The notes under the pieces were generated by a model that saw nothing but the letters and a program-made list of their open reading frames with translations, was not told the DNA's origin and did no database searches. A stretch of 61,115 nucleotides of DNA, the filler included. It is 4 parts of 4 records of this genome, joined end to end, with 100 filler letters (N's around TTAATTAATTAA, not from the genome) between each part and the next. Parts side by side here need not be neighbours in the genome. Positions count along the whole stretch, not along the records: positions 52,527 to 61,115 come from DRR723986_5809; 3 more parts are not named here. One strand, 5' to 3'. Positions within the stretch are counted from its first letter, which is position 1. Every line of letters starts with the position of its first letter. Of the stretch, positions 58,564 through 61,115 are shown piece after piece. Both the position numbers and the translations under genes were made by a program.

Positions 58564-60927
58564 ATGGTACACCCCAGACGATGGTGCACTACCGCGTTGG
58601 CCTTGGCCGTGCTGCCAGCCGCCGGGTTCGCGGCTGAAGGTAAACCTCGCGCCCAGCTCGAAGAAGTGATTGTCACCGCCCAGAAACAACAGCAGAGCCT
58701 GCAAGATGTTCCCATTGCCGTTGCCGCAGTAGATGGCGCCAAAATTCGCGATGCCGGCTTGCAGCGTATCGAAGAGCTCACGGCCTATGTACCCAATTTT
58801 AAAATGGCAGTTACCGGTCAGGGTAACGCCATCTATATTCGCGGGGTTGGCTCGGGTGACAACCGCGGCTTTGAACAGTCGGTAGGGATGTTTATCGACG
58901 GCATCTACGCCGGTCGCGGCCAGCAGTTCCAAGCGCCTTTCCTGGATATTGCACTGGTTGAAGTGCTCAAGGGCCCGCAGGGCACCCTGTTCGGTAAGAA
59001 CACCATCGCCGGTGCGGTGAACATCAGCACCAGCCGCCCCAACGACGAGTTGGGCGGCGAAATTGCCTACCAATACAACCCCGAGATCGGCGCGCGGGAA
59101 GTGACTGCTATTCTGAATACGCCGCTAGGGGGTAACTTCTCAGCCCGCGCTGCCTACAAACGCCTGGAAGAAGACGGCTATGTCGACAACTTTATTCTCG
59201 ACCGCGACGAAGCCCAGCGCGCCGAAGACTCGCTGCGCCTGGCACTGCGCTGGGACGCCACCGACAAGCTGGATGTAAACCTCAAGCTGGAAAAATCCGA
59301 CTTCGGCATTCAAGGCACCACCTTCCAGCTCACCGACAACACCGGTACCTTTAACCTGTACCAGTCGAATATTTCACTGCCCATCAACTTGCCGATAAAC
59401 CTGCCACTGCCGCTGTTGTCCTTCAACCTGGAAGACGAAATCGACCCGCGTGAAGATGGCAAGTTTGACCGCCGCAAGTCCGACAAACAGTTCGACTGGC
59501 AACCGGCCTTCACCCAGAACAACAGCGAAGCCGCTGTGTTTACGCTGGAGTATGCACTCACTGACACCGTGACCTTAACCAGCATCACCGGCTACTCTCA
59601 CTTCGACTTCTTCTTTAATTTGGACGCCGACTTTACCGACCTGGAATTTATCGGCACCGAAAACACCGAAGACTTCACCCAAATTAGTCAGGAATTTCGT
59701 ATCGCGGGTACTGTGGGTGAGCGCATCGACTACATCGGCGGTATCTACGCCCACACCCAAGACCTGACCAGCACTCTGTGGCTGAATCTGGACTTTGACG
59801 CCGTGGGGATTCCCAGCTCGCTACTGGGCCTATCGCTGCCCACCCAGTTAGCGACCTTTACCGAGTTTGAACAAACCACCGACAGCCTCGCGGTATTTGG
59901 TCAGGCCACCTGGAACATCACCGACACGCTAAGTGCCACACTTGGTCTGCGCTGGGGTGAAGACCAAAAAGAAGCCACTAAGTACCTGGATGTTGCGCGC
60001 TTCCGGTCCAAAGAGCGGGCCATCAATCCACTTTACGCGGTGATCGCTGGCGCACTGAACAACTCCGAAAACCACGATATCGAGAACGAGCGCAGCGTGG
60101 AAAACGTCTCACCGGCCTTTAACCTGCAGTGGTACGCCACTGAAGATGTGATGAGCTACTTCCGCTACGCCAAAGGCTTTAAAGACGGTGGCTTTAACGC
60201 CAGCGACACCACCTCCAGTCAGGACGCCTTCACCTATGAAGACGAAGAAGCAGACACCTTCGAGCTAGGGGTAAAAACCACCTTGTTTGACGGTGCCGCC
60301 ACCTTCAACGCCGCGGCGTTCTACACCGAGTTTGCCAATCGCCAGGTGAGTAACTTCACCCTCACCGGCTACGTAGTGGGCAACGCTGCGGAGTCGATCA
60401 CCCAAGGGGTAGAGGCGGACTTCCGCATGGCCCTGAGCGAGCGACTGACCATTGGCGCGTCGGCCGCGTGGCTGGACTCCTACTTCACCTCCTTTGAAGA
60501 TGGCCCCTGTACCGCCGTGCAAACCGATGCCGCCTTCCGCGCTGGTAACCCCGACTGCCGCCAGGACCTCTCTGGCGAGGGCACCGACTATGCGCCGGAA
60601 GTCACCGCGAGCCTCACCGGGCAATATGTTCGGCCCATCGGCGACAGTATGGAAATGCGCTTCCAGTTAGACCTGAACTACACCGAGGAGTACTACACCA
60701 CCCAGGACCGCGACGAAGCGGACAAGCAAGACGCCTTCTATAAAATCAACAGTCGCCTATCGCTGATGAGCTTTGCCCAGGGTTGGGAGCTGGCCCTGCT
60801 GGGGAAAAACCTCACCAACGAAATTACCACCTCACACGGTAACGACGTTCCGCTGTTTGTAGGCGCTCACTTTGCCTCTACCGACGCGCCACGCAGCGTC
60901 GCCGTGGAAGGCGTACTGCGCTTCTAA
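58564..60927 (+). CDS. TonB-dependent receptor, tandem paralogue of upstream gene
   Basis: Same architecture with long identical peptide blocks; terminal VLRF. Confidence 0.95.
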   Translation: MVHPRRWCTTALALAVLPAAGFAAEGKPRAQLEEVIVTAQKQQQSLQDVPIAVAAVDGAKIRDAGLQRIEELTAYVPNFKMAVTGQGNAIYIRGVGSGDNRGFEQSVGMFIDGIYAGRGQQFQAPFLDIALVEVLKGPQGTLFGKNTIAGAVNISTSRPNDELGGEIAYQYNPEIGAREVTAILNTPLGGNFSARAAYKRLEEDGYVDNFILDRDEAQRAEDSLRLALRWDATDKLDVNLKLEKSDFGIQGTTFQLTDNTGTFNLYQSNISLPINLPINLPLPLLSFNLEDEIDPREDGKFDRRKSDKQFDWQPAFTQNNSEAAVFTLEYALTDTVTLTSITGYSHFDFFFNLDADFTDLEFIGTENTEDFTQISQEFRIAGTVGERIDYIGGIYAHTQDLTSTLWLNLDFDAVGIPSSLLGLSLPTQLATFTEFEQTTDSLAVFGQATWNITDTLSATLGLRWGEDQKEATKYLDVARFRSKERAINPLYAVIAGALNNSENHDIENERSVENVSPAFNLQWYATEDVMSYFRYAKGFKDGGFNASDTTSSQDAFTYEDEEADTFELGVKTTLFDGAATFNAAAFYTEFANRQVSNFTLTGYVVGNAAESITQGVEADFRMALSERLTIGASAAWLDSYFTSFEDGPCTAVQTDAAFRAGNPDCRQDLSGEGTDYAPEVTASLTGQYVRPIGDSMEMRFQLDLNYTEEYYTTQDRDEADKQDAFYKINSRLSLMSFAQGWELALLGKNLTNEITTSHGNDVPLFVGAHFASTDAPRSVAVEGVLRF

Positions 60928-60952
60928 ACCTCTCGCGTGTAAACCACCTCAC

Positions 60953-60980
60953 AGGCCCTCTTTCGAGGGCCTTTCTGTTT
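60953..60980 (+). terminator. Intrinsic terminator
   Basis: AGGCCCTC-TTTC-GAGGGCCT-TTCTGTTT. Confidence 0.82.
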
Positions 60981-61115
60981 CCGGCATTGGGAATAAGCGC
61001 AGCGTGCAAGCTGTTGTTTGCTGGCAAACCACCTATTCACACCGCCTATAGTTTTTTGTGCGCCAAGCCATTATGCTCGTATTTTCAGCAAGGAATGCGC
61101 GTTAATCCTGAGCGA

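Noticed and set aside
58399-59073. 224-aa antisense ORF over the second TonB receptor
   Set aside because: Shadow frame of a conserved coding strand; no start signals or motifs

Overview
The window is not one locus. It is four contigs joined by artificial N-TTAATTAATTAA-N spacers (16412-16511, 30842-30941, 52427-52526), and gene content indicates at least two phyla-level lineages. Contig 1 (1-16411, gammaproteobacterial, Halieaceae-like) carries thrS-infC-rpmI with an anticodon-mimic operator and an ATT start, MAPEG, an APC permease, a PLD lipoprotein, a proteobacterial dedicated sortase locus (VIT-vWA target, class GN sortase, extra coupled ORF, pdsR/pdsS), a sulfatase, uvrB and a tRNA 5' fragment. 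Contig 2 (16512-30841, Rhodobacteraceae-like) carries kpsT, arsR-arsP with twin operators, UDG-SseB, YHS-rhodanese, TPR-opgC-opgG-opgH, a ThDP enzyme plus CoA transferase, and the 3' end of gcrA. Contig 3 (30942-52426, Rhodobacteraceae-like) carries a tRNA-Lys end, an AT-richer islet, four uncharacterised exported proteins (phosphodiester-glycosidase-like, two probable FGE/C-type-lectin-fold, Sel1 + peptidoglycan-binding) beside a complete polyprenyl-phospho-arabinose operon with no transferase, then ugd, a degenerate manC, carboxynorspermidine genes, rnr and a lytic transglycosylase. Contig 4 (52527-61115, gammaproteobacterial) carries tRNA-Lys, an acyltransferase, a CocE lipoprotein and tandem paralogous TonB-dependent receptors. 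The best candidate for an undescribed system is the 34456-43880 envelope cluster. Next are a shared TCAC-N6-GTGA operator in contig 2 and the putative PdsR boxes. All family calls are motif recognition by eye; no database searches were run.
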